From Candidatus Fermentibacteraceae bacterium (lineage in GTDB: Bacteria; Fermentibacterota; Fermentibacteria; Fermentibacterales; JCC-6), in contig JAWOHL010000005.1 in NCBI GenBank assembly GCA_046485185.1, forward strand, positions 27,605-91,604: a stretch of DNA of 64,000 nt. Direction: 5' to 3'. The notes under the pieces were generated by a model. That model saw only the letters and a list, made by a program, of their open reading frames with translations. It made no database searches and had not been told where the DNA came from. Below, piece by piece: positions 18,810-28,762 of the stretch. Made by a program: the position numbers and the translations under genes. Position 1 is the first letter of the stretch, and every line of letters starts with the position of its first letter.

Positions 18810-20072
18810 ATGCACCCGGCAAGATACGAGAAGTTCCTTGGTCTGCGCCCAGTCAACGTGCGGAACGCCATGCCCGGAAGCCTTTGCGGTCTGGCTTCGG
18901 GAAGGGATATAGCTCTCGCGGCCTCTCTGGCCGACGCCATAGTCATGGCCTGCAACATACGCCACCACATGTGCATCCCTGGCATATTCAGGGCCGCCCG
19001 CAAGGCCGATTCCGTCGTGATGCTCGAACTTGCCAAATCCGAGGCCACATACACCGGGGTCTCCTTCGAGAACCTTCCGGGAATAGCAGCCCATGTCTCG
19101 AGCCTTCTCGGTGACAGGATCGTTTTCGGCCTCCACATGGATCATTACGCAGTCAAATCCCCGGCGGAGAGGGATCAGGCCATGAAAGCCATTCCCGCGG
19201 CGATCGGCCAGGGCTGGACCAGCGTCGCCATAGACGCAAGCCACAACCCGGACTGGGAGAACCTCTCCTACACCCGCGACGTTGCCCTCAGCATTCCGCC
19301 ATACATAGGCCTCGAGGCTGAAGTGGGAGAGATCCGCGGTGGGGATGTTCTCACAACGGTCCGCGAAGCCGAGTACTTCGTGGGCGGTCTGAACAGCTGG
19401 GGGGTCTTTCCCGATTTCCTGGCCATAAGCAACGGTTCGAAGCACGGAGCTTACGACAGCGCTTCCGGCGAATCCGAGGGGATAAACCTCGGGCGTACGG
19501 GCGAGATCGCCCGGGCAATCGAGCGGTACGGCTGCGTGATCGCCCAGCACGGGATCAGCGGCACTCCACTTGACAAGGTGGGTCTTTTCACGAAGTACGG
19601 TATCCGCAAGGGCAATGTGGGAACCCTTTGGCAGAACATTCTCTTCGGGCTGGACGTCGACCCGGAGAGCGGTAACGCCTACACCGAGAACGGCCGTTGG
19701 GTCAAGAGACCCGACCGGGGCATCCCGATGGAACTCTGGAACGAAATGACCGCTCACGCCGATTCCATGGGCATGTCCGGCAACTCGGGAGACTACAAGA
19801 AGCTGAACCTTCCGTTCCACCACAGGATCATGGCCGTGGGAGGGGAGTACAGAGCCAGGATCATCGATGAGACCGAGCGCTGGGCCCTCAGGTTCTTCGA
19901 AGCCTTCAACGCCGTCGGAACCGCTACCAGGCTTGTGGACGCAGTAGTGGAAAGGGGCGACTGGAACAGCTCGCCATGCAGGAAGATAATTGTGGAGAGG
20001 GGCTTTTACGGAGCCCACAACCCGCCTGACGCTGGAACGGTCGAAGCCGTGAAGGGTGATTTTTCTGACTGA
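18810..20072 (+). CDS. class II (metal-dependent) ketose-bisphosphate aldolase family protein
   Basis: GLHMDH and AIDASH motifs typical of class II FBA/tagatose-bisphosphate aldolases. 420 aa is the long form. Confidence 0.6.
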   Translation: MHPARYEKFLGLRPVNVRNAMPGSLCGLASGRDIALAASLADAIVMACNIRHHMCIPGIFRAARKADSVVMLELAKSEATYTGVSFENLPGIAAHVSSLLGDRIVFGLHMDHYAVKSPAERDQAMKAIPAAIGQGWTSVAIDASHNPDWENLSYTRDVALSIPPYIGLEAEVGEIRGGDVLTTVREAEYFVGGLNSWGVFPDFLAISNGSKHGAYDSASGESEGINLGRTGEIARAIERYGCVIAQHGISGTPLDKVGLFTKYGIRKGNVGTLWQNILFGLDVDPESGNAYTENGRWVKRPDRGIPMELWNEMTAHADSMGMSGNSGDYKKLNLPFHHRIMAVGGEYRARIIDETERWALRFFEAFNAVGTATRLVDAVVERGDWNSSPCRKIIVERGFYGAHNPPDAGTVEAVKGDFSD

Positions 20073-21330
20073 CCTTTACCTGTCCGGTCCACGGGTTCTC
20101 AACCCCGCCCGGGGAACCGATTCGGTCGCTGACATCCTGATCCGCGACGGAAAGGTGGTGTTCCCCGCCGCGGGCGATGTTCCGCCTGGTTGCGAGATTA
20201 TGGACTGCAGGGGTCTATGGGCCATGCCGGGCCTGGTTGACATGCACGTTCACCTCAGGACGCCCGGTAACACAGGCGCTGAAACCCTCGAGTCAGGTCT
20301 GAGGGCGGCGCTTGCGGGGGGAGTCACCACCGTGGGGCTCATGCCCAACACCACCCCCCCCATCGACAACCCGGGCCTGGCGGAACAGCTCATGCGAACC
20401 GCCGACAGCCTGAACCTTGCGGCCGTGATCCCCGTTCCCTGCGTTACCGTGGGTGGTGCCGGCGGCCCCCTGACCGACCTCGAGGCGTTTGCTTCCCTGG
20501 GCATGAAGGCCTTCTCGGATGACGGCCATCCCGTAATGCCCGACCGTTCATTCCGAAATGCGTGTGAGCGGATCGCAGCGTTCGGGGGTGTTCTTATCGA
20601 GCACCCCGAGAACACGGAACTTGCCGCCGGCGGGGTGGTGAACCTCGGCCCCGTTTCCATGGCACTGGGTGTTCCCGGCCTCTCCGAAGAGTCGGAGTGG
20701 TCCGACGCGGCCAGGTGTGTTTCACTGCTTGAAGGCACGGGCGCAAGGCTGCACCTTACACACCTGTCGAGCCCCGAGTCCGTGAGGATAGCCGTTCACG
20801 CCGCCTCGAAAGGTCTTTCCGTTACCTGCGATGTCACGCCGCACCACCTGTCGCTTAACCACCAAATAGTGCTGGTTCTTGGAAGCAACGCGAAGATGAA
20901 CCCTCCCCTGCGCTCGGAAGAGAGCAGACGGGAACTGGTTTCCATGTGCGCACATGGTCTTGTGGGTGTGGCAGCGAGTGACCACGCCCCCCACACGCGG
21001 GAATCGAAGGACGGACCCCTGCACGCCGCCGCTTTCGGGGTCACCGGCCTTGAGACCCTCCTTCCGGTGACCATGAGAGTTCTGTCCGGTGAAGGGGGGA
21101 TGCCGCCCCTTGCCGTTGTGGCAATGCTTTCCACCGCTCCCGCCTCGGTGCTGGGCATCGAAGCTCCCGACCTGTGCCTGGAGACCTGCGATTCTCTTGT
21201 TCTTTTCGATCCCGGAGAGGAGTGGGTCTATCAGGGCGGGTATTCGCTTTCAAGGAATACGCCGTTCCTGGGCACCCGGCTCACGGGAAGGGTGGTCATG
21301 ACGATCAACAGGGGGAGGGTCTTTCAATGA
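20056..21330 (+). CDS. pyrC: dihydroorotase (amidohydrolase superfamily)
   Basis: DMHVHLR and SDHAPH metal-binding motifs. Sits with pyrK/pyrD/pyrF downstream. Confidence 0.75.
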   Translation: MIFLTDLYLSGPRVLNPARGTDSVADILIRDGKVVFPAAGDVPPGCEIMDCRGLWAMPGLVDMHVHLRTPGNTGAETLESGLRAALAGGVTTVGLMPNTTPPIDNPGLAEQLMRTADSLNLAAVIPVPCVTVGGAGGPLTDLEAFASLGMKAFSDDGHPVMPDRSFRNACERIAAFGGVLIEHPENTELAAGGVVNLGPVSMALGVPGLSEESEWSDAARCVSLLEGTGARLHLTHLSSPESVRIAVHAASKGLSVTCDVTPHHLSLNHQIVLVLGSNAKMNPPLRSEESRRELVSMCAHGLVGVAASDHAPHTRESKDGPLHAAAFGVTGLETLLPVTMRVLSGEGGMPPLAVVAMLSTAPASVLGIEAPDLCLETCDSLVLFDPGEEWVYQGGYSLSRNTPFLGTRLTGRVVMTINRGRVFQ

Positions 21331-22976
21331 GGAGGCTTGCGGGACTCGCGCTGCTTCTGGTACTGTTACCGGGATGCGCATATTTCAACACTTTCTACAA
21401 TGCCCGAAGGAAATATGACGAAGCCCTGGTCCTCTACCGCGCTAATCCCGACAACCCGACCCCCACCGAAGAAGCCCTGCTCGACGATGCCATCTACGGC
21501 GCCGGCAAGGTCCTTGCCAACTATCCCGAGAGCCGTTGGGTCGACGACGCCCAACTGCTCCTGGGTGACGCTTTTCTGCTCAAGGGGCAGCGCACCCTGA
21601 CCGGCAGCGGTACTTCCAGCTTCCAGGATGCCATGATGGCCTACGGAGCAGTTCTTGTGATGAGCGGAAACCAGCGCGTACTGGACAGGGCAAGGCTGGG
21701 AATGGGCAGGGCAGCCATGCTTCTCCGGCGTTACAGCGACGCCGCCGCTGCCTTTCGCGAGGTGAGTTCGCAGGACCGCAGGCTTCACGCCCAGTCCAGG
21801 CTGCTGCTCTGTGATGCGCTGCTGCAGTCAGGGCTTGGCGGGATGGCGCTTTCGGTTCTCGACACCCTCACGCCCCGCGGAGGCGACAGCCTGAGGGCAG
21901 AGTACTACATAACTCTCGGCAGGACACTCATGGAAATGGGCATGCCGGACAGCGGCGCTGTAACCGCCCTTCGGGCCGTCGATATCGAAACCCGAGGAAC
22001 TGTTTACTACAGGGCCAACATGGTTTCCGCCGAAGCCTGGATATCGGCGGGCCGGGCCGACATGGCTTCCTCAGTCCTCAACCGCCTTCTGGGGAGCTAC
22101 CGCACGAACACCGAAATGGCGGCCATTTCCCTTCTCAAGGGCAAGGCGGACCAGGCCGCGGGAAACATCGGCGGAGCGCTCCAGGCTTACCTCGACGCGT
22201 CGGAATACGATACGGGCCGCGAGTCCGGCGCCGAAGCCCTTTATCTCAGGGCGCTCCTTCTCGAAGAGCAGGGCAGGATAGATGACGCCCTCGACGCCCT
22301 GGCTTCGCTGACCTCGCGCTCGGGAACGAACCTCTGGACCAGGGTCGCTGCGGACAGGCAACGTGAGCTTTCGCTCCTCAGACAGTACCAGGAAAAGCTT
22401 GCTCTTTCGGGGAGCGAAGAAGGGTACAGATACCGTCTGCTGATGGCCGAGAAGAGCCTCGACCTCTACGGCCGCACGCCGGAAACGGTTATCGAGCTCA
22501 GGGACATCGCGGAAAACGCCGACCCTCTCAGAAGGGCCATGGCGATGTGCCTTCTGGCTGACATCGATGGCACTTCGCCCGACTCCGCCGCCCAACTCCG
22601 TCTCTCTGTGCTTTCCATAGCCGACAGCTCCGATCTGGCCGGCAGGATCGAATTGTCTCTCGGGCTTCCTCCCGGTCCCTCCGCTGGCGGCAGACCGGGG
22701 GCGGTCATCGAAAGGGCCTGGAGCGACATGGAGGCCGGGAGGTACAACGCCGCGTGGGAATCGATCGACGCTCTCCTGGCTTCCCGCTGGAGCTATGAAA
22801 CCAGGGAGCAGGCGCTCTGGGCGGCGTACAAGGCCGCTGACGGCGCCGGCATGGAACACACTCTGGTCGAGTCTTACCTCCGTGAACTGGTGCGGGACTA
22901 TCCCGACACCATGGAGGGCGCTCAGGCAGCGCTCAGGCTTAATGCGGCCCGCGATGAAGGCGGGGAGGAGGAATAG
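21327..22976 (+). CDS. TPR-repeat lipoprotein
   Basis: ATG 21327 overlaps the pyrC stop (ATGA). Lipobox LLPGC. The remainder is helical TPR-like repeats. The ORF-track start at 21174 is an upstream extension inside pyrC. Confidence 0.65.
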   Translation: MRRLAGLALLLVLLPGCAYFNTFYNARRKYDEALVLYRANPDNPTPTEEALLDDAIYGAGKVLANYPESRWVDDAQLLLGDAFLLKGQRTLTGSGTSSFQDAMMAYGAVLVMSGNQRVLDRARLGMGRAAMLLRRYSDAAAAFREVSSQDRRLHAQSRLLLCDALLQSGLGGMALSVLDTLTPRGGDSLRAEYYITLGRTLMEMGMPDSGAVTALRAVDIETRGTVYYRANMVSAEAWISAGRADMASSVLNRLLGSYRTNTEMAAISLLKGKADQAAGNIGGALQAYLDASEYDTGRESGAEALYLRALLLEEQGRIDDALDALASLTSRSGTNLWTRVAADRQRELSLLRQYQEKLALSGSEEGYRYRLLMAEKSLDLYGRTPETVIELRDIAENADPLRRAMAMCLLADIDGTSPDSAAQLRLSVLSIADSSDLAGRIELSLGLPPGPSAGGRPGAVIERAWSDMEAGRYNAAWESIDALLASRWSYETREQALWAAYKAADGAGMEHTLVESYLRELVRDYPDTMEGAQAALRLNAARDEGGEEE

Positions 22977-22982
22977 GGCGGT

Positions 22983-23735
22983 ATGGCGGTCCCCCGTGAT
23001 TTCGACGCCGTTGTGACAAGCGTGGAACGGGTTTGCCAGGGAGTACTGAGGGTGGGCTTTCATGCGCCCGGTTTTGACGGCGCGCCCGGGCAGTTCGTGG
23101 AGATGGAGCCCTCACCGGGCTTGTTACCCATGACAAGAAGGCCGTTCACCATCAACAGGCTTCTACCGACGGGTTTTGAGGTGGTATTCGAGGTTCTGGG
23201 CCGGGGAACCGGGCTTCTCGCGGGGCTGAAGCCGGGTGACGAGGTTCGAACCCTCGGTCCCCTGGGCAGCGGCTGGCGGCTCTCCCCCGGAAAATGGCTT
23301 CTGGTGGGCGGAGGGATGGGAGCGGCGGGTTTTCCTTTCCTCGCCGGTTCCCTTGAAGAGCCTCCCCTGGTTCTTCTGGGCGCTTCCACATCAGAGAGGC
23401 TTCTGCACACGGGCAGCGAGCAGTGCACGATAACCGACGACGGCTCATCCGGCTGCAGGGGAAGGATTACTGAGCTTCTCGGGCAGACCGATCCCGAAGC
23501 TTTCAAAACCATTGCCGTCTGCGGTCCCCTGCCCATGCTGAAAGCCGTTTGGGCTTCGATTCCGGACCGGTACAGGCACAAGGTCCAGGTTTCCACCGAG
23601 AGCAGGATGGGGTGCGGTTGGGGCGTGTGCGAGGGCTGCTCGATACCGGTTTCGGGCGGCGGCTACAGGAAGTGCTGCACTGACGGTCCCGTATTCATGG
23701 GTGAGGAGCTGGACTGGGACAGGTGGTCTTCATGA
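22983..23735 (+). CDS. pyrK: dihydroorotate dehydrogenase electron-transfer subunit
   Basis: RRPFTI FAD-binding motif. C-terminal 2Fe-2S CGWGVCEGC. Confidence 0.8.
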   Translation: MAVPRDFDAVVTSVERVCQGVLRVGFHAPGFDGAPGQFVEMEPSPGLLPMTRRPFTINRLLPTGFEVVFEVLGRGTGLLAGLKPGDEVRTLGPLGSGWRLSPGKWLLVGGGMGAAGFPFLAGSLEEPPLVLLGASTSERLLHTGSEQCTITDDGSSGCRGRITELLGQTDPEAFKTIAVCGPLPMLKAVWASIPDRYRHKVQVSTESRMGCGWGVCEGCSIPVSGGGYRKCCTDGPVFMGEELDWDRWSS

Positions 23736-24613
23736 AGGTGTTTCCGCCTTCACTCTCCAGGTGTCTGTGGGGGAGGTCCTTCGATTCTCCGATAATCCTT
23801 GCGGGCGGGACGGCGGGGTTCGGCGCCGAGCTTCTCCAGACCGACGGCGGCTGTTTTGAGGGCGTCGCAGCCGTGGTGTCCAAATCCGTCACCCTCAACC
23901 CAAGGGCGGGTAACCCGCCACCCCGGATACAGGAGACCGAATTCGGTCTGTTAAACTCTATCGGCCTTGCGAATCCAGGTGTTTACTCTGTTGTTAAACA
24001 AGTACTTGAGAATTCAGTTAACATGCCTTGCCCCCTCATCATGAACGTGGCGGGCGAGACGGAGGATGAGTTCGCCCGGGTTGTTCAGGTGCTGGAGGGA
24101 TCCCCGGTGCCCTGGGCGTACGAGGTCAACGTGTCCTGCCCCAACGTGGCCTGCGGCGGGCTTCCCTTCGGTTCCGACCCGGGGGCGGTCGAAAGGATCT
24201 CCCGCACGGTGGCGGGCGTCACGGCAAGGCCCTTCTGCGTGAAACTGACACCCAATGCGGGAAGTCTTGTTGAAACCGCCCATGCCGCCCAGGAGGGCGG
24301 AGCATCCGGTGTCACTGTCTGCAACACCTTCCTGGGCATGAAGATGAACTGGAAGACGGGAAACACCCTGCTCAGAAAGAAAGTTGCGGGGTATTCATCC
24401 CCCGCCCTTCTCCCACTGGTGGTGGCCCGGGTGTGGCAGGTATCCCAGGCGGTATCGGTTCCTGTCCTGGCGTCGGGAGGGGTCGCCCGGGGCGAGGACA
24501 TACTCGAACTTCTGGCTGCGGGAGCGGAGATGGTCCAGGTGGGATCAAGACTGATGCGTCGTCCCCGCGCAGCGCGGGAACTGCTTCAGGAAGCCCGGGG
24601 ACTCCTGGAATGA
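23732..24613 (+). CDS. pyrD: dihydroorotate dehydrogenase catalytic subunit (class 1B)
   Basis: ASGGVARGEDILELLAAGAEMVQVGS FMN-barrel signature. ATGA overlap with the pyrK stop (MKVFPP start). Confidence 0.8.
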   Translation: MKVFPPSLSRCLWGRSFDSPIILAGGTAGFGAELLQTDGGCFEGVAAVVSKSVTLNPRAGNPPPRIQETEFGLLNSIGLANPGVYSVVKQVLENSVNMPCPLIMNVAGETEDEFARVVQVLEGSPVPWAYEVNVSCPNVACGGLPFGSDPGAVERISRTVAGVTARPFCVKLTPNAGSLVETAHAAQEGGASGVTVCNTFLGMKMNWKTGNTLLRKKVAGYSSPALLPLVVARVWQVSQAVSVPVLASGGVARGEDILELLAAGAEMVQVGSRLMRRPRAARELLQEARGLLE

Positions 24614-25026
24614 GGATGAGGCACGGGGCCGCGGTCTGCGCCGCGATCCTTCTCTTTTCGGGTTGCGTGCTGGTATCCAGCCCCGTTTACCGGTACACCG
24701 GAGCCTCAGCCCGGCAGACAGTGACCTCCGGTCTTTCCCTGAGGGGTTACGCAAGCTGGTACGGCGAGGCCTTCCATGGCAGAAAGACAGCCAACGGCGA
24801 GTTGTTCGACATGAACGGGCTCACATGCGCCCATCGTTCTCTGCCGTTCGGGACCATTCTTTTAGTGACTAATACCGCTAACAGCAGAACAGTAACGGTG
24901 AGGGTCAACGACAGGGGGCCATTTGTTTCGGGCCGGATCGTTGACCTTTCGAGGGGCGCCGCCTCCCGTCTCGACATGCTGGAAAGCGGCACGGCACTTG
25001 TGGATATGAAGGTGGTGGACCAATGA
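24610..25026 (+). CDS. rlpA: RlpA-like septal lytic transglycosylase lipoprotein (DPBB domain)
   Basis: MRMRHG start overlapping the pyrD stop. Lipobox FSGC. ASWYGEAFHGRKTANGE...TCAH...VRVNDRGPF is the DPBB/RlpA signature. Confidence 0.75.
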   Translation: MRMRHGAAVCAAILLFSGCVLVSSPVYRYTGASARQTVTSGLSLRGYASWYGEAFHGRKTANGELFDMNGLTCAHRSLPFGTILLVTNTANSRTVTVRVNDRGPFVSGRIVDLSRGAASRLDMLESGTALVDMKVVDQ

Positions 25027-25724
25027 ACGGAATTGCCCGGGTTTTCATCGCGGTGACAAGTGATTGCGGCAAAAGCGCCACTGAGATCATTTCTCCCCTG
25101 AGGGGTCTTCCGGTGGGGATCAAGATAGGCCTCGAGCTATTCACCAGGGAGGGCCCCCCGATCGTGGCCAGGGTCAGGGACCTGGGCTTCCAGGTGTTCC
25201 TCGACCTCAAGTTCCACGACATTCCCCACACTGTTCAGGGCGCCGTGCGTTCGGCATGCCTTCTGAAGCCGGACATACTGAACGTTCACGCGTCCGGGGG
25301 CAAAGGAATGATGCGGGCCGCCGCAGAGGCGGCTTCGGCCGGCACGAAGCTCATTGCGGTCACCATCCTCACAAGTCTCGACTCATCGGACCTGGCGCTG
25401 CTTGCGCCGGGGCTCACCCCGCGTGATGCATCGGTTCGTCTGGCCGTCGCCGCGCAGTCCGCGGGGCTTGGCGGCGCGGTCTGCTCACCGCATGAGGCTG
25501 GACCCATCAGGGAAGCCACCGGTCGTGCTTTCTTCATCATCACTCCGGGAGTCAGGCCGGCCGATTCCTCCCGGGATGATCAGAAGAGGGTGATGACGCC
25601 CGGGGGTGCGATCACCGCCGGAGCCAACTCGCTGGTGGTGGGAAGACCCGTAACCGAAGCCCCGGATCCGCGGCGGGCGGCCCTTGATATCCTGCGGGAG
25701 GTTGAAGAAGCCCTGCCGGGCTGA
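25023..25724 (+). CDS. pyrF: orotidine-5'-phosphate decarboxylase
   Basis: DLKFHDIP and VVGRPV motifs. Confidence 0.85.
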   Translation: MNGIARVFIAVTSDCGKSATEIISPLRGLPVGIKIGLELFTREGPPIVARVRDLGFQVFLDLKFHDIPHTVQGAVRSACLLKPDILNVHASGGKGMMRAAAEAASAGTKLIAVTILTSLDSSDLALLAPGLTPRDASVRLAVAAQSAGLGGAVCSPHEAGPIREATGRAFFIITPGVRPADSSRDDQKRVMTPGGAITAGANSLVVGRPVTEAPDPRRAALDILREVEEALPG

Positions 25725-25727
25725 CCC

Positions 25728-27659
25728 ATGAGATCCCCCGCGCTCCGCACTGTCCGGACGCTCATTGTCACGGTGGCGCTGCTGGCAATGCTTCTGGTGG
25801 TGTCATCGGTTCTCGTACACAGGATAACCGTCATCGCTCTTTCGAAGATCGACAGCGGCGTTTCGGTGGCCCGTGTCATCGCCACGCCGGAAGCCATGCT
25901 TCTTCTGGGTGTGTCTTTCCCCTCCCGGGGCGTGCGGGCCGATTCGGCATGGGTTCTTCTTAAGGGGTTTCCCCTTACGCTCGAGGCCACCGATGTCGTA
26001 ATGACGGCCGCAACCGTTCTGCCCGTCACCCGCCCCGGGGCGGAGCCCTTCCAGAGAGGTTCCGGACGGGCTGCACCCCGGGTCTCCATTCTCAGGGGAG
26101 TTCTTGTTACGGGTGACCAGGAGAGCGACCTGTTCGCCCGATACGATTCGGGCGTCATCGTGTTCGGTCTGGCCGGCTCCTGGGGCCGCGCATGGGGAGA
26201 GAGAAGCGACACCGACAGCATTTCCGTGGTTTTCCGTGACTGCACGGGGCTTCCGGGAATACCGGGCCTGCCGGGCGTTCTGGAGGGGAACGCGTTCTGC
26301 GGAGTCGCCCGGGGACACCAGAGCGGCAGGGACGCCAGTTTCAGCGGAGCGTTCACCAGTTTCAACGGCCGGCCGGTGGACATGTCGTTCCGCATGGAAA
26401 TGGTTCAGGGAAGACCCGGATTCGAGATCAGCACGGATTTCCGTCAGGTCGCGCCCCAGGTATCGGACTTCCTTTTCGGGATGACAGGGGGGGCCGTGTC
26501 GGGGGCCGTTCCCGAGGGGGCCTTCACAGTGGCCACCGCAGGCGGCGACACGCTGTTCTTCTCTTTCGATGTCTCCTTCGGCAGCGTGCGTGTTTTCCAT
26601 CCATCCCTGGCGCGTGACACCGTATGCATCTCATGCTCATCCACGGGCAGGGGATTCGTTCTGCCCCGTTCCGGGACGTTCTCGGTGGATACGGCAGCAT
26701 TTCTGCTTGGAACGGCCGGTTTCGGCTACTCGGTTCAGGGCGGGTGGGGTGAAAGAAGGTTTCTGCGCCTCAGTATGTACAACGACTCCCTGCGCGGCGA
26801 CGCCATCGCAGCCTCCGTTCCCGGACCGCTTCTGGGGCGGCTAAGGGGGCTCAGGCTTTCCGGCGCCATATCCTTCGACATCGGCCTGTTTCTCGACTGG
26901 GACTATCCCGACAGCTCCGATGTTTTCATCGATATCGACGCCTCCGGCCTCAGGGTCGATCACAGCCCGGTGGGCTTCGGGAGGCTCGCGGCCTCTTCGG
27001 GAGAAACAGTTCTAATGAGGGACAGCTGGGGAAACTCGAGGACCGTGGGCCTTGATTCGATATCCCGTCCGGGGTTTGTCGCGGTGCGAAGCTTCCCGCC
27101 CTGGCTCGAACCCCTGCTCTGCGCGGCGGAGGACGGCACCTTCCGTCATCACAGCGGATTCAGCGAGTTCCATCTCAGAAACAGCATAAGGACCGACATG
27201 AGCCAGGGCAGGTTCGTCCGGGGCGGGTCGACCCTCTCCATGCAACTCGTGAAGAACCTGTTCCTCAGCAGGGAGAAGACTCTTGCCAGAAAACTGCAGG
27301 AAGTGTTTCTGACCTGGCGCATGGAAGCCCACCTGAGCAAGGACAGGATCCTGGAGCTTTACGTAAACGTGGTGGAGCTCGGACCCGACGTGTTCGGCTT
27401 CGGCGAAGCGGCCGCGTACTACTTCGGAACCACCGCCGAGAGCCTTTCGGTGAGGGAAACCGCCTTTCTCGTGTCGATACTTCCCGGCCCCAGGTTATAT
27501 CACAGGTTCGCTGTCGCCGGCGCACTTCCCGGTTACTGGAACGACTACCTCGACATACTCGTGAGCGCCGCTGAGAGCCGCACCGGCCTTGACGGCTCAT
27601 CGGCGCGTTCGGGGATTTACGGGAACCTTGTGTTCGACGGAACGGTTTCGGGGATCTGA
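25728..27659 (+). CDS. membrane-anchored protein with C-terminal GT51 peptidoglycan glycosyltransferase domain and about 420-aa N-terminal domain of unknown function
   Basis: N-terminal TM helix. C-terminal EDGTFRHHSGF...GGSTLSMQLVKN...RKLQEVFLTWRMEAHLSKDRILELYVNVVELG...FGFGEAAAYYFG matches the GT51 motifs. There is no transpeptidase domain. Confidence 0.7.
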   Translation: MRSPALRTVRTLIVTVALLAMLLVVSSVLVHRITVIALSKIDSGVSVARVIATPEAMLLLGVSFPSRGVRADSAWVLLKGFPLTLEATDVVMTAATVLPVTRPGAEPFQRGSGRAAPRVSILRGVLVTGDQESDLFARYDSGVIVFGLAGSWGRAWGERSDTDSISVVFRDCTGLPGIPGLPGVLEGNAFCGVARGHQSGRDASFSGAFTSFNGRPVDMSFRMEMVQGRPGFEISTDFRQVAPQVSDFLFGMTGGAVSGAVPEGAFTVATAGGDTLFFSFDVSFGSVRVFHPSLARDTVCISCSSTGRGFVLPRSGTFSVDTAAFLLGTAGFGYSVQGGWGERRFLRLSMYNDSLRGDAIAASVPGPLLGRLRGLRLSGAISFDIGLFLDWDYPDSSDVFIDIDASGLRVDHSPVGFGRLAASSGETVLMRDSWGNSRTVGLDSISRPGFVAVRSFPPWLEPLLCAAEDGTFRHHSGFSEFHLRNSIRTDMSQGRFVRGGSTLSMQLVKNLFLSREKTLARKLQEVFLTWRMEAHLSKDRILELYVNVVELGPDVFGFGEAAAYYFGTTAESLSVRETAFLVSILPGPRLYHRFAVAGALPGYWNDYLDILVSAAESRTGLDGSSARSGIYGNLVFDGTVSGI

Positions 27660-27730
27660 CAAGGGTTTCCAGCGGGCCTCTTCGCATTATGTTTTATGTG
27701 CCAACCGTTCAGGAAGGGGGAGGGAGTTCC

Positions 27731-28762
27731 ATGGCTGAAAGCGAAGCATATGAGCTCGAGCACCGGGGCGAAGTGCACAGGGCTCGGGATTTCGATGTTC
27801 TCCTGAAGTGGGCGGAAGACCTCAGAATGAGTGTTTCCGACCGGTTCAGACCGGCCGGCTCGGAGGACTGGACACCCGTAACGCAAGACCCCAGGTTGAA
27901 AGCCCTTCTTTCACCCGAGAACCAGTGGCGGGTAAGGATGGCCTCGGGCGAATTCACAGCGGGCAGTTTCGAAGCCGTCACTCGATGGGCCCAGGAAGGC
28001 AGGCTGTCCACCGACGCTGTTGTAGAGGGCCCCAGGACACCCCCGGGCGGTGTGCTCGCCTCGGCCCTCCCGGCGCTGTCCGTGCATCTCGTGGAAGCCG
28101 CAACAGTGAATGAGAAGCTTCCCCGCATTCGAATCGACGGCAGGGTTTACCCTGCGCCGGATGTGGAGACCATCAGCAGATGGATCAGCGAATCCAGGGT
28201 GCCCCTCGACGCTCAGATATCCCTTGAGGACGGACCCTGGGAACCGGTGGGAAGCTGCGGTCTGTTCGACCTTGAGAAGTGGCCGCAGGCAGCCCTCGGT
28301 GATACGGACGAACCGTTCGAAACCGTAGCTCAACCGGCGACTGCCGGGGATGAGCATGCTCCGGCCACGGTAATCCCCGACGCGTTCCCTCCTGAAACCG
28401 CTGCTCCGCCCAAAGGTGCGGAACGGGAAGAAAACGATTACGTCGAGGAACTCCCTCATCATGAGGAAGACATGCCCGAGCCGTTCCGGGTGATCACCGC
28501 GTCAGGCGGCGAGCATACGTTCGAAGACCCTGCCGAGATCATCGGCCTGCTTCGCAAACGCAGGATAATGGAGTATGACGAGGTCAGGCATTCCTCACTT
28601 CCCGAAGGCTCGGCCAGCGTCGGCGCCCTTGCCGACCTGGTACGGAAAAGCAGAAAGGGAAAAGGGCCGGGGTGGCGTATTACCGCATTTCTGCTCCTTG
28701 CAGCCGCCGGCGTCTACCTGGCTGACACTTTCGGTCTGATCGAGGTTCCATGGCTTCCGTGA
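27731..28762 (+). CDS. hypothetical protein with repeated ~35-aa modules and C-terminal TM anchor
   Basis: SD GAAGGGGGAGGGA precedes ATG 27731. Three or four similar modules (e.g. WRVRMASGEFTAGSFEAVTRWAQEGRLSTDAVVEG). C-terminal hydrophobic helix ITAFLLLAAAGVYL. Confidence 0.5.
   Translation: MAESEAYELEHRGEVHRARDFDVLLKWAEDLRMSVSDRFRPAGSEDWTPVTQDPRLKALLSPENQWRVRMASGEFTAGSFEAVTRWAQEGRLSTDAVVEGPRTPPGGVLASALPALSVHLVEAATVNEKLPRIRIDGRVYPAPDVETISRWISESRVPLDAQISLEDGPWEPVGSCGLFDLEKWPQAALGDTDEPFETVAQPATAGDEHAPATVIPDAFPPETAAPPKGAEREENDYVEELPHHEEDMPEPFRVITASGGEHTFEDPAEIIGLLRKRRIMEYDEVRHSSLPEGSASVGALADLVRKSRKGKGPGWRITAFLLLAAAGVYLADTFGLIEVPWLP

Noticed and set aside
17004-20018. 1004-aa minus-strand ORF in the track
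   Set aside because: Chimeric artefact. Its C-terminal 573 aa are the real TrkH (start MKRFGG at 18725). The N-terminal ~430 aa are an open antisense frame across the + strand aldolase gene, as is common in high-GC DNA.
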